A stretch of DNA of 57,254 bases from an uncultured virus (IMG/VR IMGVR_UViG_3300034374_009411) (lineage: Duplodnaviria > Heunggongvirae > Uroviricota > Caudoviricetes): the IMG/VR virus record IMGVR_UViG_3300034374_009411; one strand, given 5' to 3'. The position numbers and the translations under genes were made by a program. Position 1 is the first letter of the stretch, and each line of letters starts with the position of its first letter. Below the pieces are notes generated by a model that had not been told where the DNA came from, searched no databases, and saw only the letters and a program-made list of their open reading frames with translations. Positions 9,963 through 19,139 of this stretch are shown here, in pieces.

Positions 9963-11052
9963 AAGATGGGTTACTCCAATCAGACGTGAAACTTCTCAAA
10001 TGTTCTATCTTATGTAGTATACTCTCATCATACAAAACAAACTCTTCATTTGCAAAATGCAATTTACAATTATTTTTCAAAGCAAGTTTTAAGAGATACA
10101 TACGCCTATCATAATCATCAGGTAAAGAGTATATACTAAACATCAAAATATGATCTAAATTTTTTTCTTTTAAAAGATATTCAAGATAAGAGTGATTTCT
10201 ACCTTCATTATCTCCAGTTTGATGGGGGAATATATACCCCATCCTAGTACAATAATCCTTAACGGTTAACGTCTGAAAATGGAGATCTATATTTTTAGTT
10301 TTAAATCCTTCATATTCAGCATAAGTAACTACATTTTCATAGTCCTCTATCTTTATTTTTCTAGATGATATTTTACTATCTCCCAAAATTCTAAAATAAG
10401 ATCCAGGCCACTTCCTATGAGGTTGACCATTTTTAAGCAAAACCCTAACATCTATACTTATTCTAGTTTTTCCAGTTCTATTAGGAACTCCACCATGAAT
10501 ATTTTCTTGAGTGAATAATAAATATTGACCCTTCTTTATATTTACTGGGTAACTGTTATCAATACAAACATTTTGAAGTCTTTCATAATTCCAATTCTCT
10601 TCTGTAGATTTTTTTGTAATTTCTCTACTTTTTTCTATTCCAATTATTTGAAGAGAATTTGAAGAATATGCATCAGTAAATGGAACCCAAATAGTTCTTA
10701 ATCCAAGACCATTACCAACCCATCTTCCTTGATGATATGGTAAGACAGTTCCTGTTTTATCTTGATCTGGTATTGTTATTCTAATATTACCAAATTTTTG
10801 TATAAGAACTTCAGTATTTAATGATGGGAGAATACATTCTTCAACCAATTCATCAAATATTGAATAAAAATTAGTGTCTGCAAGATCTTTACCCACAAGT
10901 TTTACAAGTTCACCTATTTTTTTGGGATGAACATCCTCATGTAAAACAGAAAGATCTTTAACAGTTGGGTAGTACTTTTGGATACAACTTATAATATAAT
11001 GATCTAAGTTGTACTTCTTAATATCATAATCGTATACATTTGCATCAAACAT
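9952..11052 (-). CDS. Fe(II)/2-oxoglutarate oxygenase (PhyH/StrG-like) fused to a LIC12192-like (sporadic carbohydrate cluster) domain
   Basis: PYHQG, TIWVPFTD, IHGGVPNRTGKTRISIDVR (DSBH motifs). C-terminal part QTLTVKDYC..MFSIYSLP..KLHFANE. Confidence 0.7.
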   Translation of the reverse strand: MFDANVYDYDIKKYNLDHYIISCIQKYYPTVKDLSVLHEDVHPKKIGELVKLVGKDLADTNFYSIFDELVEECILPSLNTEVLIQKFGNIRITIPDQDKTGTVLPYHQGRWVGNGLGLRTIWVPFTDAYSSNSLQIIGIEKSREITKKSTEENWNYERLQNVCIDNSYPVNIKKGQYLLFTQENIHGGVPNRTGKTRISIDVRVLLKNGQPHRKWPGSYFRILGDSKISSRKIKIEDYENVVTYAEYEGFKTKNIDLHFQTLTVKDYCTRMGYIFPHQTGDNEGRNHSYLEYLLKEKNLDHILMFSIYSLPDDYDRRMYLLKLALKNNCKLHFANEEFVLYDESILHKIEHLRSFTSDWSNPSYEH

Positions 11053-11055
11053 ACT

Positions 11056-11340
11056 TTAATCAAGTTCAGCAAGAAGTTCTTCGTTTTCTAATTCCATCTC
11101 AAAAAAACAGGGGTGGCATTCTTCCATTACCAAATATCCAGATGCTCTAAACATATATTCATTATCAAAGATTCTTCCATAATCATTTGCCCATGCCTGA
11201 AAGTATGCTATATTATCTTCCTCATCATCAGTCAAATCATCCCATGTAAAAGGAACATTGTTTATAAAATACATCTTCACAACTCTTTTCATTGATTCAA
11301 CTTCTAACCAACAATAAGATTTTGTGAGTTTGTATTTCAT
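11056..11340 (-). CDS. Cyanophage hypothetical protein (94 aa)
   Basis: Start moved to MKYKLTKSY because the track extension overlaps tRNA-Leu; CTAAATA late-type box at 11361-11367. Confidence 0.7.
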   Translation of the reverse strand: MKYKLTKSYCWLEVESMKRVVKMYFINNVPFTWDDLTDDEEDNIAYFQAWANDYGRIFDNEYMFRASGYLVMEECHPCFFEMELENEELLAELD

Positions 11341-11419
11341 ACTACTAAATCCGTTTTTAATATTTAGTTTTGTAGGAGGGCGCTCCCATATAAGAAAGAC
11401 CTTTAATATTCCCCCCAAG

Positions 11420-11503
11420 TGCGAGTAGGGAGACTTGAACTCCCACGGGATTACTCCCAACAGATTTTAAGTCTGGTGCGTCTACCGATTCCGCCATACT
11501 CGC
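11420..11503 (-). tRNA. trnL: tRNA-Leu(UAA), CCA not encoded
   Basis: GCGAGTA acceptor, D-arm TGGCGGAATCGGTAGACGC, anticodon arm CCAGA-CTTAAAA-TCTGT, long variable arm, GTTCAAG T-loop. Confidence 0.95.
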
Positions 11504-11507
11504 ATTT

Positions 11508-11582
11508 TGGTAGGACTGGAGGGAATTGAACCCTCTTCACACCGTTATAAGCAGTGGGCCTTAACCAATAGGCGACAGTCCC
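11508..11582 (-). tRNA. trnI: tRNA-Ile(UAU), CCA encoded
   Basis: GGGACTG/CAGTCCT acceptor, anticodon arm CACTG-CTTATAA-CGGTG, GAGGG-TTCAATT-CCCTC T-arm, 3' ACCA. Confidence 0.9.
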
Positions 11583-11585
11583 GTT

Positions 11586-11673
11586 TGGTAGGAGTAGGGA
11601 GACTTGAACTCCCACGGGCGTAATGCCCAACAGATTTTAAGTCTGGTGTGTCTACCGATTCCACCATACTCCC
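11586..11673 (-). tRNA. trnL: tRNA-Leu(UAA), CCA encoded
   Basis: Near-identical to 11420-11503; anticodon loop CTTAAAA; ends TACTCCTACCA. Confidence 0.95.
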
Positions 11674-11690
11674 GTGAAGTTGACTTGACT

Positions 11691-11719
11691 ATCATAGGAT
11701 AGGATCTTACGATTGTCAA
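11691..11719 (-). promoter_or_regulatory. Sigma70-type promoter for the tRNA cluster
   Basis: TTGACA-17 nt-TATGAT, ending 17 nt before the first tRNA. Confidence 0.75.
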
Positions 11720-11728
11720 GTCATTGTA

Positions 11729-11935
11729 TCATTCCTCGTATGTGGGTGGATGATACTTCAAGTATTCCCAGAAGGTCAACTTCATTTCCTTATGGGTCAT
11801 TCCACAATGTTTTGCGGCAGCAGGTAAAGTCATTGTGCAGTTGAACAATGACTCATTTGCCTCTTGAACGTTTTGTGGTGTTGTTTTTACCTTTTGTTCA
11901 ATTAGTGAACTTTTGTCAATTCTTTGATACATCAT
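11729..11935 (-). CDS. Small hypothetical protein, possible HTH-like
   Basis: ORF track; MTLPAAAKHCGMTHKEMK looks HTH-like; ATGA coupling to the upstream ORF. Confidence 0.7.
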   Translation of the reverse strand: MMYQRIDKSSLIEQKVKTTPQNVQEANESLFNCTMTLPAAAKHCGMTHKEMKLTFWEYLKYHPPTYEE

Positions 11936-12111
11936 AGTGGAGCATAGGCAAGGACATCTTCTTCCACTGTAGCACGAACAAATTGTAGGACATTCATGAA
12001 CTGATCTGTGGTTTCACACACAAGTTCCTGTTCTGTACCTTCATTAGAATAGATGTAAATTGTTTTGCGGGTTGGATCTACTACACATCGTGTCAGGTAC
12101 TCATCTTGCAT
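11932..12111 (-). CDS. Small cyanophage hypothetical protein (59 aa)
   Basis: Manual: MQDEYLTRCVVDPTRKTIYIYSNEGTEQELVCETTDQFMNVLQFVRATVEEDVLAYAPL; lies downstream of a promoter. Confidence 0.75.
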   Translation of the reverse strand: MQDEYLTRCVVDPTRKTIYIYSNEGTEQELVCETTDQFMNVLQFVRATVEEDVLAYAPL

Positions 12112-12140
12112 TTGGAGTGCTTTGCGTTGAATGCCCTGTC

Positions 12141-12169
12141 ATTGTAGCAGACCTTTGAGCGGTAGTCAA
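12141..12169 (-). promoter_or_regulatory. Sigma70-type early promoter
   Basis: TTGACT-17 nt-TACAAT with TG at the extended -10 position; -35 overlaps the fibre stop codon. Confidence 0.7.
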
Positions 12170-15100
12170 CCACCCAGTTTTTCCATGAGTGCCTCGACTT
12201 GCTTGGTCAACAAATCTATTTTAGCATTTTGTTCTTCAATTGTCTTCTGTTGCTCTTTAAATGCTTCAATAAAAACACCAGCGAAATTACCATATGCAAC
12301 AGATTTAATTTCATCACCTTGCCCATTTACTAACTCAGGGAATACTTTTTCAACTTCCTGTGCAATCACACCAATTTGGTGTGGATTATCTTCTAAATCA
12401 TTTCTATCATATTCAACACCTCTTAAAGATAAAACTTTATCAAGAGCATTGTCAATTTGTTTTACATTATCCTTAAGTCTAGCGTCAGAGTTTGCAGTAA
12501 CACTACCACCAACATTTAAGTTACCAGTTGATGGATTAATTGTATAATTTACATTGGTAAAGTAAGACTCCGCTGTTCCTGGTGCTGCATTATTACTATT
12601 AACAAAGGTAGGATAAAAAGTTGCATTTGTTGTAGTTAGTTGGGTTAATAGTGCATCTGAAGTCTGTGAATTAGATGGAGTAAATGTATTTACAGATACT
12701 GCAGTAACTCTTCCCTTTGTATCAACAGTAATTGTTGGAATTTCCGTTGCAGAACCATAATTACCAGCGGCTAATCCTGCAAAAGTGGGAAGACTCACTG
12801 CCAAATTAACATCGGCAGTTCCATCAAAAGATACTGGACTTGCTGTAGATACGTCACCACTAACACTGAAGTTCCTAGCAGTTTGTAATTTTGTTGCACT
12901 ATCAGCATTTCCAGTAATTGGCGCTGATATATTTGTTGCTGTTATATTATCAGCGTAGATATGATTCCATCTTATTGTATTTGTTCCCAAGTCAAACGTA
13001 GAATCTGCAGATGGTCTAACTCCAGATTCATTGATCCTCATAATTGAAGTGAGTTGTCCTGCGGTAACTGCAGAAGCACCAGTTTTTAGATAAAAGTCCA
13101 AATAAACTGGATTAGACAAATCATCAGTATTACAAACTATTCTTGCAGAGTTTCCAGTCTGACCAGTATTAGTAGGATCTTCAGCTAAACCATCTTTATG
13201 ATTAAAGGTGATGTTTGCATTACCATATCCATCATTAATTGTAAGGGCAACTCCACGATTATTTCTTCCAGCAACTAAATCACCATAACATATTAAGTCA
13301 TCTCCACTGGGATTCCATCTGAGACCAGTATCTACTTTTATATCTTGATAATTTCCACCACCACCATCCGTAAAACAAAGATATCTTTCTGTTGTTCCAG
13401 TGCTTTCCGTGGTTACCTTTACTTTATCTGCCTGAGCAACAGTAGCAGTACCAAAATTAACACCAACAGCTGTTACTCCAGTAATTCTTCCCTTTGCATC
13501 AACAGAAAAAGTAGGAATTTGTGTTGAAGATCCATAACTAGCAGAAGTAACTCCAGTATTTGTTAAACTTCCATTCAATACAACAGGACCAGTACCATCA
13601 AAAGATACTGTTGGAGATGTTAAATCATTACCAAGACTAAAGTTCTGAGCATTAGTTAATGCATCAGCAAAAGCAACTGTAGCAGCAGAGAAATTAATAT
13701 CTAACTCTTGAGCACTTGTAATTCTTCCTTTAGCATCTACGGAAATTTGAGCAACTTTTGATGTTGTTCCATAAGTTGCAGATGTAACACCAGTAGTAAC
13801 TAAATTACCCTGCAATACAACAGGACCAGTACCATCAAAAGATACTGTTGGAGATGTTAAATCATTACCAAGACTAAAGTTCCTAGCAGTTTCTAATGCT
13901 GTTGCTGTATCAGCATTTCCAGTAATTTGTCCACTAAATGTAGTTGCATATACAGTTGCCCACTTAGCACTAGAAGTTCCAAGATCTAAAGCATTATTAC
14001 TTAGCGGTCTAAAAGCATCATTATTAGAATCTAATCTGACTCCTTGAGTGTATGCTACTGCATCATTAGCATTAGCACCTTGTCCAGCTACTTGAATGTC
14101 AACTAAACCACTACTTCCATCAGAGGTTAAAGTAATTTTTGCCGCACCATCATTGGCAAGAACGTATTTATCTCCTCCCGAATTATAATAAGATCCAGAT
14201 CTAAGTGTTAAATTTCCACCACCATCATTCCAAGAAAGTCTTTTTTGTCCAACATTATCTAACAACAATGCTCCAGATATACCATTTAACCAGATAGCAG
14301 CTTCATCCTTTTGTCTGGCATCTGTATTGCTAAGTATTAAAGTATCTTTAGATGGATTATATGTAATCCCACTATCAGTATATAAAGCCTCATAAACGGC
14401 AGGACTAGCTGCATTATTACCATCAACAAAAGTTATATTAAAACTAGCATCTGTTGCAATAGATTGTGTTCTTATATTATCTGCATTATTAACAGTAGCA
14501 GTGCCAAAATCAATAAGAGTATCAGTTACACCAGTTATTCTTCCTTTTGCATCAACATCAAATACGGGAACTTGTGTGGAAGATCCATAAGTTGCAGATG
14601 TAACTCCACTAGTAACTAAATTACCCTGCAACACAACATCACCAGTTCCATTAAAGGATACTACAGGAGAAGTTAAATCATTACCAAGACTAAAACTTCT
14701 AGATGTTGTTAATGCATCAGCAAAAGCAACTTGTGCTTGAGTTACATCAAGAAGAGTTTCAGTTACTCCAGTAATTCTTCCCTTTGCATCAACATCAAAC
14801 ACAGGGATTTGTGTTGATGATCCATAGGTATCAGATGTAACTCCAGTATTGACAAGATTTCCATTCAAAACAACATCATCAGTACCATTAAATGATACTA
14901 TAGGAGAAGTTAAATCATTAGCAAGACTAAAGTTTCTCGATGTTGTTAAAGAATCTGCTTTTGCAACTTGAGATTCTGCAAAGTTTACTAAAGTATTTGT
15001 TACACTAAGAATTCTTCCTTTTGCATCGACATCAAATACTGGTATTTCAGTTTGTGATCCATAGGTAGCAGACGTAACACCAGTGTTATCTAAAGTTGCA

Positions 15101-18100
15101 ACTAACTGTACATTATCAGTTCCGTCAAAAGATACTGATGGAGCATCAACATCACCAATAATACTGAAGTTTCTAGCAACACTCAAAGAATTTGCAGTTG
15201 CTACACTTGCGGTTCCAAAATCAATTGCAACATTTATTGCACTAGTAATTCTTCCCTTTGCATCAACAGAAAATTGTGGTATTGCAGTAGATGTACCATA
15301 TGTATCAGATGTAACGCCAGTAGTAACTAAATTACCATTCAAAACAACATCATCAGTACCATTAAATGATACTATAGGAGAAGTTAAATCATTAGCAAGA
15401 CTAAAGTTTCTTGATGTTGTTAATGAATCTGCTCTTGCAACTTGAGATTCTCCAAAATTAATATTAGTGTTAACTACATTTGTTATTCTACCTTTTGCAT
15501 CGACATCGAATACAGGAACAATAGTAGCAGAACCATAACTAGCAGAAGTAACTCCACTATTAACAAGATTAGCATTTAATATAACATTATCAGTTCCATC
15601 AAAAGATACTGTTGGAGATGTTAAATCATTAGCAAGACTAAAATCTCTTGCATTCTTTAATGAATCTGCAGTTGCAACATTTGCTTCACTAAAATCAATA
15701 GCAACGTCTACTGCACTAGTAATTCTTCCCTTTGCATCAACAGAAAAGGTAGGAATTTGTGTTGAATTTCCATAACTACCTGATGTAACTCCAGTATTAA
15801 CCAGATTAGCATTTAATATTACATCATCAGTACCATTAAATCCAACTGCTGGAGAAGTAAGATCATTAGCAAGACTAAAGTTTCTTGATGTTGTTAAAGA
15901 ATCTGCTCTGGATACTTCTGTAGTGGATACATTTGTTATTCTACCTTTTGCATCAACAGTAATTATTGGTATAGATATTGGATTACCATAAATTGCAGAT
16001 GTAACCCCAGTATTAACTAGATTAGCATTTAATATGACATTAGCAGTTCCATCAAAAGATACTACTGGGGATGTTAGATCATTAGCAAGACTAAACTCTC
16101 TTGCAGTCTCTAATTTAGTTGCAGAATCAGCATTTCCAACGAGATCACCATCTAAAGTTTCTGCCCAAACAGTATTCCATTTAAGCGCCGAAGTTCCTAA
16201 AGTATAAGTTCCAGGAATGGATGGTGTTACAGTACCAGCAATAGTTACTATTGAAGAGGAATCAATTACTGTTGTTCCAATTCCAACCTTACCATCAGTT
16301 CTATTAACTATTAAATATGGATCATTACTTAAATCAGAATCACCATCAATTGCCCACCAATCAGCAAAATTGACAAGTCCTGCCCACATAGATCCAGAAC
16401 TGTTTTTATATTCAATTGCCGATACACCAGTATTTTTTCTTTCTAAGACTAATGGAATACTGTCTGGAGATATAATATTTACTTCTCCCGTAGATGGATT
16501 AAATGTTATACCACCATCAGATGCTCCATCTGCAGTATATAAATTTTCATACTGAGCTGGACTATTATCACTATCAACAAATGTAATATAATGTGTGGCA
16601 TTATCAGATCTTCTTTGCGTTCTTATTTGATTTGCAGTTCCTGCTGCAAGTTGATCCTGATCCGTCCAGTTTGTGCCAGTTATTGTCGATAATAAAACTT
16701 GCCCATTACCACCAGAATCAAAAGTAGAATCAATAAAAGCACCACGAATAGATATGTCACCTTCAAAAGTAGCATTACCAGTTACTCTTGATGTTCCACC
16801 AACAAAAAATCTATCAGTAGGATCTATACTATTAATTCCAACATTACCATCTCCACGTAAAGTTAATACTCTACTTGCCTGATTTGTAGTTCCATTATGA
16901 ACATCAAATCCCATATAATTACCACCTGGAGCGGAATCATTATATGTTCTAATATAAAAAGGTCTTGATGTCGTATCCTGTCTATCAAATCTTATTGAAC
17001 CTTCATCCTGGAAGGTTGTCATAATATCGAATCTTGGTTCTCCAGATACATGTAATTTTGCTGCAGGTTCTGACTTACCTATACCAAAATTTCCAGTGCT
17101 AGGTTGATATGCCAGAAAAGCATTAGTATATAACTGCTCAAAATCTGGTGTATCATTATTAGAATCTAAAAAGCTAGGATAAAAATAAGCAGCATTTGAT
17201 GTAGATTGACTTAATACCCTATTTGCCTGTGCTACGGTTGCGTTTGCAAAATCAATACCAACATTTACTGCTGTAGTAATTCTTCCCTTTGCATCAACAG
17301 TAATTTGTGGTACATTGGTAGAAGAACCATAAGTATTTGGAGTAACTCCAGTATTATTTAAAGTAAGTGCTAATCCAACATTAGCAGTACCATCAAATAA
17401 TACTGAAGAAGCAACAGCATCACCACTAATGCTAAATTCTCTTGCAGTTTCTAATTGAGTTGCAGTATTTGAATTTCCAGTAAAAGAAATTCCATAAACA
17501 GTTGCCCACTGAGATCCAGTTGCTCCAATATCTCTAGATGCATCACCAGTAGGAATTAAATTTGTATCAATTTTTGACAGTATATTTACGGTATCATTTA
17601 TATCATCACCAATAAGTACATTTCCTCTAAAAGTTGTTACACCAGTGATTATTGTATTTGGTAAAAATATTGTTTGTGATCCTGGGTTATAGTATAGGTT
17701 ATTATTAGTATAATATGATTCATATGGATTTAGTGCAGTAGTAGGATTATTACTATCAACAAAAGTCAAAAACCTATTAACGTTAGTAATATCTGTTACT
17801 GTTTTTAGTGTATCAGCTTTTAAAGATACTCCATCAATAGTATTTGCATAGACTACATCCCACTTTAAAAGAGCATTACCAAGATCAAATTGACCTGGAG
17901 ATTTGGGAATTATATCACTATTAATTTTGGAATTAAACTCTACTATTTTATTATTATCTGTACCAAAACCAACATCCCCATAAAATGTCGCATTTGTTGC
18001 ATGGATTGTATTCCACCTAATACTATCCTTTCCCAGATCGTAATTATTATCAAGAGATGGTACTAATGCACCTTGAATACTAGTAATTCCAGATAAAGTG

Positions 18101-19137
18101 ACAATACCATTAATATCTAAGGTGTTTGTATCTACATCAGTAAATAAAGCATTAACACCATAAACATTATTCCAAGTATTAATATTAGAACCCAAATCAT
18201 ATGTGGATGCTACTGAAGGTATAAAATTACTTTGTATATTAGACTGAAATTCTACATTATTATTAAATGTTGCAATACCAGATACAAAAATATTCCCTTC
18301 TAATAAAGCGTCTCCTCTAAGATCAAAGGTTTGTCTTGGAGTTGAAGTACCCACACCAACCCTTTCAGTCAGTGGATTATAGTAAAAAGTCTCTGCACTA
18401 ACTACAGTTCCTGTTGCGCTCTTATACTGAACACCATAAACTGGGCCCACACTAAAGAAGCTTAGTTCATCATTGGGTAACCACTCAACCCCACCAAAAG
18501 TATTAGAAACTAGAACACTTGGTTCGGCAGTTCCATTATTATTATAATAATCATATATTGTTCCAGTCAATCTCATATCCCCATTAATATGGAGAGTTCT
18601 TTCTGGTTGTGTTGTTGCTATTCCAACTCTTGCATCATCAAGTGCTGTTATAATAGTTCCACCAGCACCTACTTTTAATTCTGCTTCTATAGTTAAAAGG
18701 GGATCTAATGGATCAAACGTGAATCCAGAAGAAGTTGCAAAATCACCATTATTTTTAAATAGAACTTCAGTATCATTACCTGGGGGAGATACTGTAATTG
18801 TAGATATATTACTAAAATTCTCTGCTGTTGCTACAATAGAATTTCCTTTAAAGTTTAATCTAGTAATACTATTACCAGTACCTACAATAAAATTTTCATC
18901 AAATATACTCAAACCAATTGAGTTAAATCCGATGGGAGGAACCTGCCAATATCTATCATAGGTATCCCCATCATCAAAAGTAACCAATTGATAATAATTT
19001 GGTTTTAATGGCAAAGTTTTTTCTGTAGGAAACCCAAGATTTGGTTCCGCTTCTTCGATTCTTAATTGTCTATATCTACCAGTACTAAGACCAGAGAATC
19101 TGGCAATTCTTTGTCTTCCAGATATATGCTTTGCCAT
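12166..19137 (-). CDS. Long tail fibre with 11 internal ~80-aa repeats and C-terminal S74 chaperone
   Basis: Repeated RNFSLxNDLTSP..SFxGT..TGVT..YG..VDAKGRIT; DLG..RW repeats; C-terminal SDARLKDN..GVIAQEV. Confidence 0.9.
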   Translation of the reverse strand: MAKHISGRQRIARFSGLSTGRYRQLRIEEAEPNLGFPTEKTLPLKPNYYQLVTFDDGDTYDRYWQVPPIGFNSIGLSIFDENFIVGTGNSITRLNFKGNSIVATAENFSNISTITVSPPGNDTEVLFKNNGDFATSSGFTFDPLDPLLTIEAELKVGAGGTIITALDDARVGIATTQPERTLHINGDMRLTGTIYDYYNNNGTAEPSVLVSNTFGGVEWLPNDELSFFSVGPVYGVQYKSATGTVVSAETFYYNPLTERVGVGTSTPRQTFDLRGDALLEGNIFVSGIATFNNNVEFQSNIQSNFIPSVASTYDLGSNINTWNNVYGVNALFTDVDTNTLDINGIVTLSGITSIQGALVPSLDNNYDLGKDSIRWNTIHATNATFYGDVGFGTDNNKIVEFNSKINSDIIPKSPGQFDLGNALLKWDVVYANTIDGVSLKADTLKTVTDITNVNRFLTFVDSNNPTTALNPYESYYTNNNLYYNPGSQTIFLPNTIITGVTTFRGNVLIGDDINDTVNILSKIDTNLIPTGDASRDIGATGSQWATVYGISFTGNSNTATQLETAREFSISGDAVASSVLFDGTANVGLALTLNNTGVTPNTYGSSTNVPQITVDAKGRITTAVNVGIDFANATVAQANRVLSQSTSNAAYFYPSFLDSNNDTPDFEQLYTNAFLAYQPSTGNFGIGKSEPAAKLHVSGEPRFDIMTTFQDEGSIRFDRQDTTSRPFYIRTYNDSAPGGNYMGFDVHNGTTNQASRVLTLRGDGNVGINSIDPTDRFFVGGTSRVTGNATFEGDISIRGAFIDSTFDSGGNGQVLLSTITGTNWTDQDQLAAGTANQIRTQRRSDNATHYITFVDSDNSPAQYENLYTADGASDGGITFNPSTGEVNIISPDSIPLVLERKNTGVSAIEYKNSSGSMWAGLVNFADWWAIDGDSDLSNDPYLIVNRTDGKVGIGTTVIDSSSIVTIAGTVTPSIPGTYTLGTSALKWNTVWAETLDGDLVGNADSATKLETAREFSLANDLTSPVVSFDGTANVILNANLVNTGVTSAIYGNPISIPIITVDAKGRITNVSTTEVSRADSLTTSRNFSLANDLTSPAVGFNGTDDVILNANLVNTGVTSGSYGNSTQIPTFSVDAKGRITSAVDVAIDFSEANVATADSLKNARDFSLANDLTSPTVSFDGTDNVILNANLVNSGVTSASYGSATIVPVFDVDAKGRITNVVNTNINFGESQVARADSLTTSRNFSLANDLTSPIVSFNGTDDVVLNGNLVTTGVTSDTYGTSTAIPQFSVDAKGRITSAINVAIDFGTASVATANSLSVARNFSIIGDVDAPSVSFDGTDNVQLVATLDNTGVTSATYGSQTEIPVFDVDAKGRILSVTNTLVNFAESQVAKADSLTTSRNFSLANDLTSPIVSFNGTDDVVLNGNLVNTGVTSDTYGSSTQIPVFDVDAKGRITGVTETLLDVTQAQVAFADALTTSRSFSLGNDLTSPVVSFNGTGDVVLQGNLVTSGVTSATYGSSTQVPVFDVDAKGRITGVTDTLIDFGTATVNNADNIRTQSIATDASFNITFVDGNNAASPAVYEALYTDSGITYNPSKDTLILSNTDARQKDEAAIWLNGISGALLLDNVGQKRLSWNDGGGNLTLRSGSYYNSGGDKYVLANDGAAKITLTSDGSSGLVDIQVAGQGANANDAVAYTQGVRLDSNNDAFRPLSNNALDLGTSSAKWATVYATTFSGQITGNADTATALETARNFSLGNDLTSPTVSFDGTGPVVLQGNLVTTGVTSATYGTTSKVAQISVDAKGRITSAQELDINFSAATVAFADALTNAQNFSLGNDLTSPTVSFDGTGPVVLNGSLTNTGVTSASYGSSTQIPTFSVDAKGRITGVTAVGVNFGTATVAQADKVKVTTESTGTTERYLCFTDGGGGNYQDIKVDTGLRWNPSGDDLICYGDLVAGRNNRGVALTINDGYGNANITFNHKDGLAEDPTNTGQTGNSARIVCNTDDLSNPVYLDFYLKTGASAVTAGQLTSIMRINESGVRPSADSTFDLGTNTIRWNHIYADNITATNISAPITGNADSATKLQTARNFSVSGDVSTASPVSFDGTADVNLAVSLPTFAGLAAGNYGSATEIPTITVDTKGRVTAVSVNTFTPSNSQTSDALLTQLTTTNATFYPTFVNSNNAAPGTAESYFTNVNYTINPSTGNLNVGGSVTANSDARLKDNVKQIDNALDKVLSLRGVEYDRNDLEDNPHQIGVIAQEVEKVFPELVNGQGDEIKSVAYGNFAGVFIEAFKEQQKTIEEQNAKIDLLTKQVEALMEKLGG
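13430..16110 (-). repeat. Intragenic ~240-nt tandem repeats (blocks of 7 and 2 units; single units near 12700-12890 and 17260-17460)
   Basis: Recurrent attcttcc(c/t)tttgcatc and aagactaaa segments at 240-nt spacing; boundaries approximate. Confidence 0.85.
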
Positions 19138-19139
19138 AA

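Noticed and set aside
11341..11460. N-terminal extension of the 134-aa ORF
   Set aside because: Overlaps tRNA-Leu and a late promoter; the ATG at 11340 is more plausible.
13430..16110. Possible CRISPR array or DGR template/variable repeats
   Set aside because: Repeats are 240-nt in-frame coding units with mostly synonymous-type divergence; no spacers, no adenine-specific pattern noticed, and no reverse transcriptase in the window.
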